Below are positions 1 to 9,479 of a DNA stretch of 64,000 nucleotides, piece by piece. Below the pieces are notes generated by a model, which saw nothing but the letters and a program-made list of their open reading frames with translations, was not told the origin of the DNA and did not search any database. Every line of letters begins with the position of its first letter. Position 1 is the first letter of the stretch. Made by a program: the position numbers and the translations under genes. This stretch comes from a virus (taxonomy: Duplodnaviria > Caudoviricetes), in IMG/VR virus record IMGVR_UViG_2898597404_000001, positions 10,614-74,613 of that record. One strand, given 5' to 3'.

Positions 1-11
1 CGGGAGCGCAC

Positions 12-1493
12 ATGTCAGCGGCGAAACCACCCACACCGGAACAGGCGGAGATCATCGACGCCTACCGGACCGGCGAGGACCTCGTGGTCGAGGCAGGGGC
101 CGGCACCGGCAAGACCACCACGCTCAAGTACCTCGCGAACGAGAAGCCCAACCGCAGGGGCCTCTACATCGCCTACAACAAGGCGATCGCCAGGGACGCG
201 TCGGCTGACTTCCCCCGGAACTCCTCCTGCTCGACCGCGCACGCCCTCGCCTTCCGCGCGGTGGGCCACCGCTTCAAGCACAGGCTGGACGCCCCCCGGA
301 TGCCCGCCCGCGAGGTCGCGAAGGCCCTGGGCATCAACGAGCCCCTCAAGCTCGACGGGAAGGTCCTCGCTCCGGCGCACGTGGCGCGGCTGGTCATGGA
401 GACCGTGGAGCGGTACTGCCGCAGCGCCCACCGCGAGCCGGAGCGCTGGCACGTCCCCAACAAGCCGGGCCTGGACACCCTGGAGGACCGGGCCATCCTC
501 CGGCAGGTCTTGGTGCCGCTGGCCCGCAAGGCGTGGGACGACATCAACAACATCGACGGTCGGCTCCGATTCGACCACTCCCACTACCTCAAGATGTGGG
601 CCCTGTCCGAGCCGAAGCTGCCCGCCGACTTCGTGATGCTCGACGAGGCCCAGGACGCCAACCCGATCATCGCCTCGATCGTGGACGGCCAGACCCACGC
701 CCAGCGGATCATGGTCGGCGACCGCAACCAGGCGATCTACGGCTGGAACGGCGCGATCGACGCCATGTCCAAGTTCCAGGGCACGCGGCTCCAGCTCTCG
801 CAGTCGTTCAGATTCGGGACGCAGATCGCCGCCGAGGCGAACAAGTGGCTGGAGGCGCTCGGCGCGGACCTGCGGCTCCGGGGGTTCGACCGGATCAGCT
901 CGATGGTCGCCCCGCTCGACGTGCCCGACGCGCTGCTCACGAGGTCCAACTCCGGGGCCATGGAAGCGGCCATCGACTACATGGGCGAGGGGAAGAAGGT
1001 CGCCCTCGTCGGGGACGGGGCCGGGATCAAGAAGCTGGCCGAGGCCGCCATCACGCTCAAGGCGGGCGCCGGGACCGACCATCCCGAGCTGATCGCGTTC
1101 CGCACCTGGGGCGAGGTCCAGCAGTACGCCGAGGAGGACCCCGCCGGGTCGGACCTGCTCACGTTCGTGCGCCTCATCGACGACTGGGGCCCGGACATGG
1201 TCATCGACGCCGTCGACCGGCTCGTCCCCGACCCGGCGGTGCGCGGCAAGCGCAGGCGGGGCCCGGTGATCCAGCCGGACGTGATCATCTCCACCGCCCA
1301 CAAGGCCAAGGGCCGCGAGTGGGACTCGGTGAAGGTGTCCTCCGACTTCCGTGAGCCGAAGAGGGACCCGGAGGAGAACCGGGAGCCGGAGATCCCCAGG
1401 GAGGAGGCGATGCTCGCGTACGTCACCGTCACCAGGGCCAAGCTCACGCTCGACAGGGGCGGCCTGGCCTGGATCGACAACTGGAAGAAGTAG
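12..1493 (+). CDS. UvrD/Rep-like superfamily 1 DNA helicase
   Basis: Walker A AGAGTGKT, Walker B LDEAQD, VGDRNQAIY, QSFRF, STAHKAKGREW, YVTVTRAK. Confidence 0.92.
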   Translation: MSAAKPPTPEQAEIIDAYRTGEDLVVEAGAGTGKTTTLKYLANEKPNRRGLYIAYNKAIARDASADFPRNSSCSTAHALAFRAVGHRFKHRLDAPRMPAREVAKALGINEPLKLDGKVLAPAHVARLVMETVERYCRSAHREPERWHVPNKPGLDTLEDRAILRQVLVPLARKAWDDINNIDGRLRFDHSHYLKMWALSEPKLPADFVMLDEAQDANPIIASIVDGQTHAQRIMVGDRNQAIYGWNGAIDAMSKFQGTRLQLSQSFRFGTQIAAEANKWLEALGADLRLRGFDRISSMVAPLDVPDALLTRSNSGAMEAAIDYMGEGKKVALVGDGAGIKKLAEAAITLKAGAGTDHPELIAFRTWGEVQQYAEEDPAGSDLLTFVRLIDDWGPDMVIDAVDRLVPDPAVRGKRRRGPVIQPDVIISTAHKAKGREWDSVKVSSDFREPKRDPEENREPEIPREEAMLAYVTVTRAKLTLDRGGLAWIDNWKK

Positions 1494-1559
1494 CCCCCCG
1501 GATGCGCCCGCCCCGCATCCGGGCGGGGCGGGCGCCGGGGTCCACGAGAGGACACCGCG

Positions 1560-2414
1560 ATGCGAACGCACACCACGCCCGACGAGGGCACCCAGGACAC
1601 GCAGACGACCGCGCACGACGAGCGGCCCGAGGCCCCGGCGGACGAGGGGCCGCAGGGCCGGGCGCCCGAGGAGGCCGCGCAGGACGGCCCGCAGGACGGC
1701 GCGCAGGAGGACGGCGCGCAGCCGGAGGAGGAGGACGTCGAGCGTGAGCGGCCTCCCCGACAGGAGGACCGCACCCGCGCCTGGTACGAGCACGAGATCC
1801 GGGCGGCGAAGGCCCAGGCCGACATCCTGGCCCTGGCCGTCCACGAGACCCAGAGGCAGTACCGGGCGGCCGTGGCCGACTTCGACGAGGCGCAGGCCCA
1901 CCTGGAGGCGGTCCAGCGCGGCTACGCCTACCACCTGCGCAAGGGGCAGGTGCTCCGCCCCCGCGACATCGTGTCGAGCGACAGGGAGCTGGGGCTGGTG
2001 ATCGGCGCGTCCGCCGTCGTCCCGGCCGGTACCTCCCCCGAGGACCTCGCCGAGTTCGAGGGCACGATGCGGGCCCTGCGCGAGCACGCCGGGTGCCAGA
2101 TGGGGACCGCGCAGAACCGCAGGCTGATGGGGCCGGTGCCGGTGAACCCGGTCGACTGGCCGGAGAGCGACCGGCCGCAGGGCGGGCCGGGGCAGCAGGC
2201 GGCCGCGTGGCCGCGCCCCCCGCAGGGCCCCCCGCAGCAGCCGTACCCGCTGGCCGGCAGCCAGGCCCTCCCGGCGCCGACCCCGCCGCGCGGCCCGTCC
2301 GCCCAGCCCGCCCAGCCCGCCCAGCCCGAGCCGGTGGAGCCGCTCACGGGGCCGGAGAGCGACACCGCGAACGGGCACGGTGAAGCCCTGGGAAAAGAGG
2401 GTGGCGCGCGGTGA
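1560..2414 (+). CDS. hypothetical protein (acidic N-terminus, coiled coil, Pro/Gln-rich C-terminus)
   Basis: RBS gagga, GC3-biased ORF, overlaps next gene by 4 nt. Confidence 0.7.
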   Translation: MRTHTTPDEGTQDTQTTAHDERPEAPADEGPQGRAPEEAAQDGPQDGAQEDGAQPEEEDVERERPPRQEDRTRAWYEHEIRAAKAQADILALAVHETQRQYRAAVADFDEAQAHLEAVQRGYAYHLRKGQVLRPRDIVSSDRELGLVIGASAVVPAGTSPEDLAEFEGTMRALREHAGCQMGTAQNRRLMGPVPVNPVDWPESDRPQGGPGQQAAAWPRPPQGPPQQPYPLAGSQALPAPTPPRGPSAQPAQPAQPEPVEPLTGPESDTANGHGEALGKEGGAR

Positions 2415-2887
2415 CGGGGCTCATGAGGGGCACGCAGGACCGCTCCAGGAGCTACGCCTCGCGCGCGCTGCGCCAGCACGGTCGGCACCGGTCCGAGAGC
2501 CGCCCCCGGTGGGGCCTGTTCTCCCGGTTCTCGGCGGCCGCGTCGGTGATGCTGATCGCCCTCGGCGGCGTGACCGTGTGGCAGGGGGACCGCCCGGAGC
2601 GGGTCCGGCTGGACGTCGCGCCCGCCGCCGACGCCCCGGTGGTGCGGTACGTCGCCGAGGTCAGGTCCCAGGGCGGGGCCGCCGGGGAGCTGCCGAACGG
2701 GGAGCTGCTCGGTGCCGGTGAGGCGGTCTGCTCCGGCCTCGCCTCCGCGACCGGCTCCAGCGGCGTGGCCGCACGGCGCGGCCTGACCGAGCACGACATG
2801 CGGGTGGTGGCCCGCGCGGCCGTGACCCACCTGTGCCCGGAGAAGCGGGGGCAGCTCCGGGGCGGCACGGCGGTGGCGCCCGGATAG
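2411..2887 (+). CDS. DUF732-like membrane-anchored/secreted protein
   Basis: TM segment then GEAVC...VARAAVTHLCP two-Cys motif. Confidence 0.6.
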   Translation: MTGLMRGTQDRSRSYASRALRQHGRHRSESRPRWGLFSRFSAAASVMLIALGGVTVWQGDRPERVRLDVAPAADAPVVRYVAEVRSQGGAAGELPNGELLGAGEAVCSGLASATGSSGVAARRGLTEHDMRVVARAAVTHLCPEKRGQLRGGTAVAPG

Positions 2888-3072
2888 CCGGGACCACTCG
2901 CTGCACGACCCGTGTCCCGCCCGATCACCTCCCGGCGGGCGGGACACGCGGGGCGCTGGCCTGTACGGCACCGCTGGTGCCTGAGCCGAGCTCGGCCAGC
3001 GCCCGCCCGCCCGCCGGGTTCCTTCGGGGGCCCCGGCGGGCGGGCCGCGCTGTCGATCTCCGGGAGGTGCGC

Positions 3073-3405
3073 ATGACCCGAAGGAAACCCGTCCAGGAGG
3101 TGCCGGAGTGCGAGCGGTGCGGCCAGCGGATCGTCTGGGCCCTGACCCGGCGGGGCCGCTGGCAGCCGCTCGACCCGGAGCCGGACCCGGGCGGGAGCGT
3201 CCTGGCGTACCGGGACGCGCTCGGCGTGCTGCGCGCCCGCTCCCTGGCCTCGGCCGGGGACGGGCCGCGGCATCCGCTGGAGCGCGTCCACATGCCGCAC
3301 GCGGCCACCTGCGGGGGGCCGCGTCAGGAAGAGCCGCCCTGGGACCCGGCGAGCGAGCCGGTGGCGTCCACGGGGCGGCGGCGACTTGGCGAAGGAGAAC
3401 GATGA
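3073..3405 (+). CDS. phage Zn-finger protein
   Basis: CERCGQRIVW...PLDPEP...HAATC; RBS ggagg. Confidence 0.7.
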   Translation: MTRRKPVQEVPECERCGQRIVWALTRRGRWQPLDPEPDPGGSVLAYRDALGVLRARSLASAGDGPRHPLERVHMPHAATCGGPRQEEPPWDPASEPVASTGRRRLGEGER

Positions 3406-3887
3406 GGACCGGAAGACATGCCCAGCCCAGGAGCCGCGTACGCGGCATCGCCGCCGGGACGGCGGCGGCCGTGGCGGCGCTCGCCGTGGTGTGGGCGGTG
3501 AGCCCGGCGGACGGGTCGGGGGAGAAGGGCGGGCTGAGCGGTGCGCGCACCCCGGCCGGCTGCTGTACCGGGGAGCCGGGGGCGACGTCCTCGGCGGGGT
3601 CGGCCGGGGGCGCGTCGGGTTCCCCGAGAGGGGGCGCCGCGCCCGACTCGGTGAAGGGCAGCGGCGCGGCCCCCGCGCTCCCCTCGCTCCCCGCGCCCCG
3701 CAAGCGGGCGAGGAGGCAGCGGCCCGGCTCTGAGCGCAGCCCTGAGCGCAGTGCGCGGCGCACCTCGAGGAGCACCCCGCAGAGCAGCCCCGGCAGCCCG
3801 TCGGACCGCCCCGGTGAGAGCCGGTCCCCGGCACCGTCCGGCGGGTCCGGGTTCCCCCTGTTCCCCGGCATGGGACCGGCGTCGTGA
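3402..3887 (+). CDS. hypothetical membrane/secreted low-complexity protein
   Basis: RBS gaagga, GRHA motif then hydrophobic segment; ATGA overlap. Confidence 0.55.
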   Translation: MRTGRHAQPRSRVRGIAAGTAAAVAALAVVWAVSPADGSGEKGGLSGARTPAGCCTGEPGATSSAGSAGGASGSPRGGAAPDSVKGSGAAPALPSLPAPRKRARRQRPGSERSPERSARRTSRSTPQSSPGSPSDRPGESRSPAPSGGSGFPLFPGMGPAS

Positions 3888-4309
3888 ACGCCGCCGAGAC
3901 CAGCGCCCCCGGCGGCGACGCGGACGAGGGCGCGGAGGAGGTGCCGGAGGAGGTGACGGCGGACATGGTGCTGGAGGTCACCGCGATCACCCGGCCGCGC
4001 GCCGAGCGGATCGCGACCTACGCCAACCACCGGTTCTTCGGGCGGCTCAACCGGGTGGACGCGGCGAGGGAGACCGGGGTCCGGAGCGACCGGACGCGGC
4101 AGCGCTACGAGTGGGTGGTCCGGCTGCTGATCACGCGGTTCGGCTTGCCGGAGCCGCCCGGGCCGAGGTCCGGCGGCTACGTCCCCGACTTCGACAGGGG
4201 CCGCGAGTCGGCGATGCACCTCGCCCACCACGGCGGCGGGCAGGAACGCGGCTGCCGCTACTGCGAGCCGGGCCGGGGAGCGGGACAAGGGACGAGGGGA
4301 GTTCGGTGA
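3884..4309 (+). CDS. hypothetical protein, possible HTH plus C-terminal HH..CxxC
   Basis: coupled ORF; HLAHH...GCRYC. Confidence 0.6.
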   Translation: MNAAETSAPGGDADEGAEEVPEEVTADMVLEVTAITRPRAERIATYANHRFFGRLNRVDAARETGVRSDRTRQRYEWVVRLLITRFGLPEPPGPRSGGYVPDFDRGRESAMHLAHHGGGQERGCRYCEPGRGAGQGTRGVR

Positions 4310-4347
4310 GTGGTGGTGCGCTACGACGGGAAAGGGGCCGTCCCGCA

Positions 4348-4372
4348 GGGGGGCAACCTGGGGTTGCCCCCC
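4348..4372. repeat. palindrome GGGGGCAACC-N3-GGTTGCCCCC, copy 1
   Basis: same core at 29933, 51116 and 58021. Confidence 0.85.
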
Positions 4373-4461
4373 AATTGGCGCTCTTCCGCTCGCCGGGGGA
4401 TCACCCTTGCCGCGTGCCCTCGGGGCCTCTGCGTCGCCCTCGGGGCCGCAGGAAGGATGCC

Positions 4462-4875
4462 GTGAGCGGGCGCCTCGTCGGGGACGTGATCGAGTGGCTC
4501 CAGACCCCCGCCGCGGCCGGGGTCGGCGACAACGAGGCCCTGGTCCTGATCACGATCGCCGACCGGGTCCTGTCCGAGGAGACCCGCGAGATGCGCCGGT
4601 TCAAGGGCGACCAGTGCAGCCTGCACCAGCGGATCTGCCGGGTCCTCGGGGTCACCCCCAAGGGGCTCCGGCCGGTCCTGCAGAAGCTCGCGCGGCGGGG
4701 GCTGGAGGTGCGGGTCGAGATCGGCCGGGATCGCCTGGGCCGCCCGATCTACGCGCGCCGGGGGCACGCGATGGGGTTCCGGCTCCCGGAGCTCCCGGCG
4801 TCGGTGCGGCTCCCGGAACGCGAGGACGAGGCGGAGCAGGAGGACGGGCCGGGTGGGCTGGCCGCCTGTGGATGA
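4462..4875 (+). CDS. putative replication initiator / winged-HTH DNA-binding protein
   Basis: EALVLITIADR...ICRVLGVTPKGLRPVLQKLARRGLEV HTH pattern; directly upstream of iteron-like repeats. Confidence 0.6.
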   Translation: MSGRLVGDVIEWLQTPAAAGVGDNEALVLITIADRVLSEETREMRRFKGDQCSLHQRICRVLGVTPKGLRPVLQKLARRGLEVRVEIGRDRLGRPIYARRGHAMGFRLPELPASVRLPEREDEAEQEDGPGGLAACG

Positions 4876-4913
4876 ACGCTCCGGCCGCCCTGTGGACGGG
4901 CCGCCCCCCGCCC

Positions 4914-5230
4914 GGAGAAAGGGGCCCTCCACAGCGGCCCCTTTCTCCGTTAGGGGCCCTCCCCAGTGGCCCCTAACCGGATTTAGGGGCCCTCCACGGA
5001 AGCCCCTAACTCGGCGAAAGGGGCCCTCCACGGAAGCCCCTAAGTCGAGTTAGGGGCCCTCCACGCGGGCCCCCTAAGACGTATAGAAGCACCTACTCAA
5101 GCTTTGACCGTTAAGTACAACTGCACGTCTACAAGAAACTGCACCAAACACAAATTACTGTCATCACACCTAAAGGTGGAAGGTGCCGACTACGCGGAAA
5201 ACTCGGACAAAAAGCGTGTGGACAATTCAG
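4914..5230. repeat. putative replication origin: 5 iteron-like repeats, AT-rich tract and DnaA box
   Basis: WWAGGGGCCCTCCAC..GCCCCTWW at ~4918, 4950, 4983, 5017, 5050 (32-34 bp period); AT-rich 5077-5230; TGTGGACAA at 5217-5225. Confidence 0.75.
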
Positions 5231-5299
5231 CTCGGCGGACACGCACACCCCGCGTCCGGTTGCCGCGCCCGGCGCCCTCCGCCTCCAGGAGGGGGAGCC

Positions 5300-5473
5300 A
5301 TGATCGTCGCCCTGGTCGAGGTCCGGAGCTTCGCGGCCGGGTTCTGGGTGGGCGCCGCCGTCGGGGCGAGCGCGGTGCTCACCGCGTGCGTCCCGCTGGC
5401 GCGCCGCCGCGCCGCCGCGCGCCTCGCGCAGGCGGGGCCCGTGCGGGACGCGGGCGGGACGGAGGGGGAGTGA
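5300..5473 (+). CDS. small membrane protein
   Basis: strong RBS, one hydrophobic helix. Confidence 0.5.
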   Translation: MIVALVEVRSFAAGFWVGAAVGASAVLTACVPLARRRAAARLAQAGPVRDAGGTEGE

Positions 5474-5543
5474 GCGCGCGGGGCCGGTCACGACCGGCCC
5501 CGCAGGGCGGGGGCCGGTCGAGCGGCGGTCGGGGAGCGGTGCG

Positions 5544-6143
5544 TCAGTCGCGCGGGGAGGGGATGCCGGCCTTGCGCCACAACTGCCGGATCCGCTCGCG
5601 CTGGTACCCGCTGGCGTCGGAGACCAGGCCCTGCGGCACGTGGGTCCGGCCGCAGTCGAGCAGGGCCGCGCTGAACGCCTTCTCGTTCTCGGCGATCTGC
5701 GCGGCCAGGGTCTCGATGCGGCGGAGGATCTTCTGCTGCTCGTCGCTGAGCTGGAGGTGGCCGGTCCCGCCGGGGAGGGTGGGGACGTCCGCGGCCTTCC
5801 AGATCTTCCAGATCTTGTTCTTGCTGAGGCGGCTTGACTCGATCACGCGCTGGCGCGGTACGACGGCGACCCCGGCTTCGACGATCGCGACCTCGAAGGC
5901 CAGGGTGAGCCGCTCCTGCTCGGCGGCGGCCCGCACCAGTCGCTCGTGCGCCTCGTTCTGCTCGGGGGTGAGGGTGACGGGTCGGCGTCCTGGACGGGGA
6001 CCGGGACGTGCCGCCATCCCGACCTCCCGGACAATTTGGACCTTCGCAGGTACGCCTCGCGCGACCGGCGGAGCCTTGCCCGCCCGGCCGCGTCCCTTCG
6101 CGCCGATGTTCGCACGGGCCCCTCTGTCTCGCAAGTAGGCCAT
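5544..6143 (-). CDS. putative transcriptional repressor with tandemly duplicated HTH-like domains
   Basis: two similar units (VPRQRVIESSRLSKNKIWKIWKAADVP / VPQGLVSDASGYQRERIRQLWRKAGIP); divergent from promoter-operator box 1. Confidence 0.6.
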   Translation of the reverse strand: MAYLRDRGARANIGAKGRGRAGKAPPVARGVPAKVQIVREVGMAARPGPRPGRRPVTLTPEQNEAHERLVRAAAEQERLTLAFEVAIVEAGVAVVPRQRVIESSRLSKNKIWKIWKAADVPTLPGGTGHLQLSDEQQKILRRIETLAAQIAENEKAFSAALLDCGRTHVPQGLVSDASGYQRERIRQLWRKAGIPSPRD

Positions 6144-6186
6144 AGCTGGTGTCCATCCCTTCTGTCCTCATTGTGGGCATGTCACG

Positions 6187-6226
6187 TTGACTATGACTCT
6201 AGATTATGCCAAACTTAGGGACATAA
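6187..6226 (+). promoter_or_regulatory. promoter-operator box 1
   Basis: TTGACT-N17-CAAACT overlapped by TATGACTCT-N16-AGGGACATA. Confidence 0.8.
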
Positions 6227-6256
6227 GCAAGGTACGAAACACGCACGGGAGAGGCC

Positions 6257-6643
6257 ATGCCACGCACCCCCCAGCACACCGCGCGACCCCGCATGCGCGT
6301 GAACCGGTACCCCGGCACCTGCAAGGACTGCGGCACGCACGTCCCGCGCCTGGCCGGCATCGCGCTCAAGGCGCCCGGCGAGCCCTGGCGGGTCGCCTGC
6401 GCCGACCACGCTGGCGAGACCCACGGCCTCCTCAACCCCTGGCGTGACGACCATCACGGCAAGGAGACCGGCTACGTCGGCGGCGAGTACACCCACCGCC
6501 ACGCCCGCGCCCTCGTCGACCGCGAGTACCGCGACACCGACATGTACTCCGCCCCCTGCTCCTGCGGCGGCCGCCGCTGGGTCCGCGCCACCGTCGGCAC
6601 CGTCGTGTGCCCCGACTGCGGCGGCGTCGGCTACGAGCACTGA
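6257..6643 (+). CDS. Zn-finger protein
   Basis: NRYPGTCKDCG, CxC, CxxC motifs. Confidence 0.7.
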   Translation: MPRTPQHTARPRMRVNRYPGTCKDCGTHVPRLAGIALKAPGEPWRVACADHAGETHGLLNPWRDDHHGKETGYVGGEYTHRHARALVDREYRDTDMYSAPCSCGGRRWVRATVGTVVCPDCGGVGYEH

Positions 6644-6672
6644 CCCCGACCCGACCCCGAACAGGAAGAGCC

Positions 6673-7017
6673 ATGGAGACCGAGAAGTTCCCAGGGTTGA
6701 CCGACTGGCCGGACGAGCTGGTCGCCGTCCGCCACCCGCTCGGCACCCGAGCCCTCGCGGCGGCCCGCCGCTACCAGTGGGCGGGAGAGCAGCGCCAGCG
6801 CGCCGTCGCAGAGCTGCTCCGCGCGATCGACATGAACAAGAACCCCATCGCGATCCGTCACGCCCGGCTCGTCGAGCGCAACTGGGACGACCGCCTCCGG
6901 AGGATCGAGGACCAGGTCTGGCCGCTCATCGACCGGATGTGGGGGACCGACCGCGAGCTCTGCTACCGCGTCAGCTCCTACATCTTCGGCGGCGGAGACG
7001 CGGAGCCGGGCCGGTGA
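6673..7017 (+). CDS. hypothetical protein
   Basis: RBS aggaag, codon bias. Confidence 0.65.
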   Translation: METEKFPGLTDWPDELVAVRHPLGTRALAAARRYQWAGEQRQRAVAELLRAIDMNKNPIAIRHARLVERNWDDRLRRIEDQVWPLIDRMWGTDRELCYRVSSYIFGGGDAEPGR

Positions 7018-7298
7018 GCGCCCCCGACCTGCCCCCCGGCCTGCCTGACGACCTGCCCGACGACACCGGGCACCACACCTGGCAGCGCATCCACGCCGCC
7101 CGCGAACGCGTCCGCGACAGCGCCACGGAGCGGGGCTCCCTCACCTGGCCCCTCGTCCTCCTCGAACGCGTCTACGCCGCGCTCGCGGCCCGCCCCGGCG
7201 ACCTCGCCGAGATGCTCGACAAGGTCGCCGACACCGCCGCCGCCTGGGCGGACGCGGTCCGCCGCAGAGACGCGGCCGGTCCCGAGGGGCGGCCGTGA
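7014..7298 (+). CDS. degenerate MazG-like (all-alpha NTP-PPase fold) protein
   Basis: GSLTWPLVLLERVYAALA...LDKVADTAAAWADAVRRR pattern; acidic catalytic residues mostly missing. Confidence 0.45.
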   Translation: MSAPDLPPGLPDDLPDDTGHHTWQRIHAARERVRDSATERGSLTWPLVLLERVYAALAARPGDLAEMLDKVADTAAAWADAVRRRDAAGPEGRP

Positions 7299-7702
7299 CC
7301 GCCGACCCCGCCAGAGCCCCCGCCCGAGCCGCAGACCCGGACGACGCCCCGGACGGCGTCGAACCCGACGACGACCGCCGCGCCGCCGCCAGCATCCTCG
7401 ACCGCGAGACCGGCAAGGTCCGCGTCCTCGACCAGCGATGCCCCGACTGCCTGTTCCGGCAGGCGGGCCGCAAGGCGTTCGGCGAGGACCGCGTCGCCGA
7501 GGTCATCGCCGAGAACCTCGAGGCGGGCGCGCTCCTCACCTGCCACAAGACCCTCCCCTACGGCGACCACCCCGAGATCGGCCCGGCCGCCTGCGCGGGC
7601 TTCTGGGCCCGCCACCGGTCCGACGTGCTCGTCGGACGGCTCGCCCAGCTCTTCCTCGGCGTCGCCCGCGTCTCCCTACCGAGAAAGGACCCGGCACATT
7701 GA
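7295..7702 (+). CDS. Cys-rich hypothetical protein
   Basis: CPDCLFR...LTCHKT...ACAGF. Confidence 0.7.
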   Translation: MTADPARAPARAADPDDAPDGVEPDDDRRAAASILDRETGKVRVLDQRCPDCLFRQAGRKAFGEDRVAEVIAENLEAGALLTCHKTLPYGDHPEIGPAACAGFWARHRSDVLVGRLAQLFLGVARVSLPRKDPAH

Positions 7703-8124
7703 CCGACGACCACGAGCCCCGCGTGCTCACCCACCGGCCCAGGTGCAAGATCTGCCTCAGACCCGTCACCGGCGACATCCACGTCGGCCGCTTCATCGAC
7801 AACGGGCGCCTGGTCTGGGAGGGCAGCGGCCACCAGCGATGCGTCCGCGCCGTGCTCGACGCCGACGCCATGGAGCTGGCCCGCGTCTGGGGCGAAGCCT
7901 GCGCGGCCGGCTACCACGAGTTCCCCGGCCAGTGGACGCGGGACCCGTCCGACCCGTACGACGACGCCCGGTACTGGGTCTGCGCCCGCGGCTGCGGCCA
8001 CGTCCAGCGCCACCCCGGCTACGGCCACGGACGCATCCTGGCGATCATCGAGCTGTTCACCAGCGACGAGTTCGACCGGTACCTGGAGCGCCACGGCGTC
8101 TCCCTCGCGGAGGCCGCCCGATGA
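7699..8124 (+). CDS. Zn-binding hypothetical protein (TTG start)
   Basis: RBS gaaagga; CKIC..HQRC..C..H..CARGC. Confidence 0.6.
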   Translation: MTDDHEPRVLTHRPRCKICLRPVTGDIHVGRFIDNGRLVWEGSGHQRCVRAVLDADAMELARVWGEACAAGYHEFPGQWTRDPSDPYDDARYWVCARGCGHVQRHPGYGHGRILAIIELFTSDEFDRYLERHGVSLAEAAR

Positions 8125-8393
8125 ACCCGCCCGAGCAGACCCCGGCGACCCCCGACCCGGAGGCCGCCGCGCGGCCCGGCGACGTCGTCTTCCTCTTCCG
8201 CCAGCCGGAGGGCTCCGAGGTCCCGCCCCTGCTCCTCCAGCACGCGGTCCTCGCCGCGCTCCGGCTCGCGGGACTCCTCCCCGCCGCCGCCGACCCCCGG
8301 CGGGACCACCGCGACATCGCCGAGTTCCTCGCGCGAGGCCGCATGGAGCGGCCCGTGGTCCGGCGGCGCGGAGCCACCGGCTGGAACGAATGA
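8121..8393 (+). CDS. hypothetical protein
   Basis: ATGA-coupled ORF. Confidence 0.5.
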   Translation: MNPPEQTPATPDPEAAARPGDVVFLFRQPEGSEVPPLLLQHAVLAALRLAGLLPAAADPRRDHRDIAEFLARGRMERPVVRRRGATGWNE

Positions 8394-8830
8394 CCCCACG
8401 AGAAAGGGAACCGCACACCATGGCACCCGACCTGACCGCCATCGACGAACACCCCGCCAGCGACTCGGTGATCGAGGCGATCGCCCAAGACCTGGCCGAC
8501 ATGCGCACCCACCCCGACGACCGCCTGTTCTGCTTCCACCGCACCGTCGAGGTCGGCGAGCACATGGCATCCGTGCTGGCCCGCCTCCGGGACACCGAGG
8601 CGGAGCTGGCCCGCCTCCGGGACGTGGTCAAGGCCGTCTCCGACGACGCCCGCCAGCGCGGCGAGGACATGTTCACCGCCCGCGACAACGTGCGCGCACG
8701 CGACTGGGGGAAGGCGCGCGGCCTGGAACGCGGCGCGAACGAGCTGACCGACCTCGCCAAGCGGCTCCGCGCGGCCCTCACCGAGTCCCTCCTCGCCACC
8801 CAGGACCGGGCACCGGAGGCGCGGCCGTGA
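8390..8830 (+). CDS. hypothetical protein, paralog of 8827-9354 (start may be 8420)
   Basis: shared RTHP..FC..GE.M..VLAR.R..E and SDAR.R..LERGA motifs. Confidence 0.7.
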   Translation: MTPREREPHTMAPDLTAIDEHPASDSVIEAIAQDLADMRTHPDDRLFCFHRTVEVGEHMASVLARLRDTEAELARLRDVVKAVSDDARQRGEDMFTARDNVRARDWGKARGLERGANELTDLAKRLRAALTESLLATQDRAPEARP

Positions 8831-9354
8831 ACGACACCGACGCGACCGGGCCCGCCGAGCCCGCCGAGCCCGCAGCCGACGAGACCCACTACTCCGATCG
8901 AGTCCTGCGCGACGTGCAGCCCATCAGCGACGAGCTGTTCCAGGCGTTCGTCGGGCACGTGCAAGAGCTGCGCACGCACCCCCACCCCGAAGGCTCCACG
9001 GACTGGTTCTGCATGAACCTCGCCGCCTTCCTGGGCGAGCGGATGGGCCCTGTGCTGGCCCGCGTCCGGGAAGCCGAGACCGCCCGCGACGACGCCCTCC
9101 GCCAGTTCGACCGGCTCTGCCACGACGTCCGCGAGATCGCCTCCGACGCCCGGCGCAGGCACCGGCTCCTGCTGAGGTTCCGCGGCAGGCAGCCGGACGA
9201 CGAGCTGGGCTCCGCGAGGGGCCGCGCCCTGGAGCGCGGCGCCTTCTACCTCAGCAGGACGGTCGACCAGCTCGAAGGCGCGCTCCCCGCACCCGCGAAC
9301 GAGCCGCAGACCCCGGCCCCCGAGCCGGAGCCGGGCACCGGCCGGGACGCCTAA
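8827..9354 (+). CDS. hypothetical protein, paralog of 8390-8830
   Basis: shared motifs as above. Confidence 0.7.
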   Translation: MNDTDATGPAEPAEPAADETHYSDRVLRDVQPISDELFQAFVGHVQELRTHPHPEGSTDWFCMNLAAFLGERMGPVLARVREAETARDDALRQFDRLCHDVREIASDARRRHRLLLRFRGRQPDDELGSARGRALERGAFYLSRTVDQLEGALPAPANEPQTPAPEPEPGTGRDA

Positions 9355-9479
9355 CTCCCCGGCGGCCCTGGGAGGCGGACGCCCCCGCCCTCCCAGGGCC
9401 TGACCCGGCCACCACGCGCGCGCACGCCCTTTCGCGGACGTGCGCAGCGCACCCCTACCGATCCGAAGGAGCGCGACCG

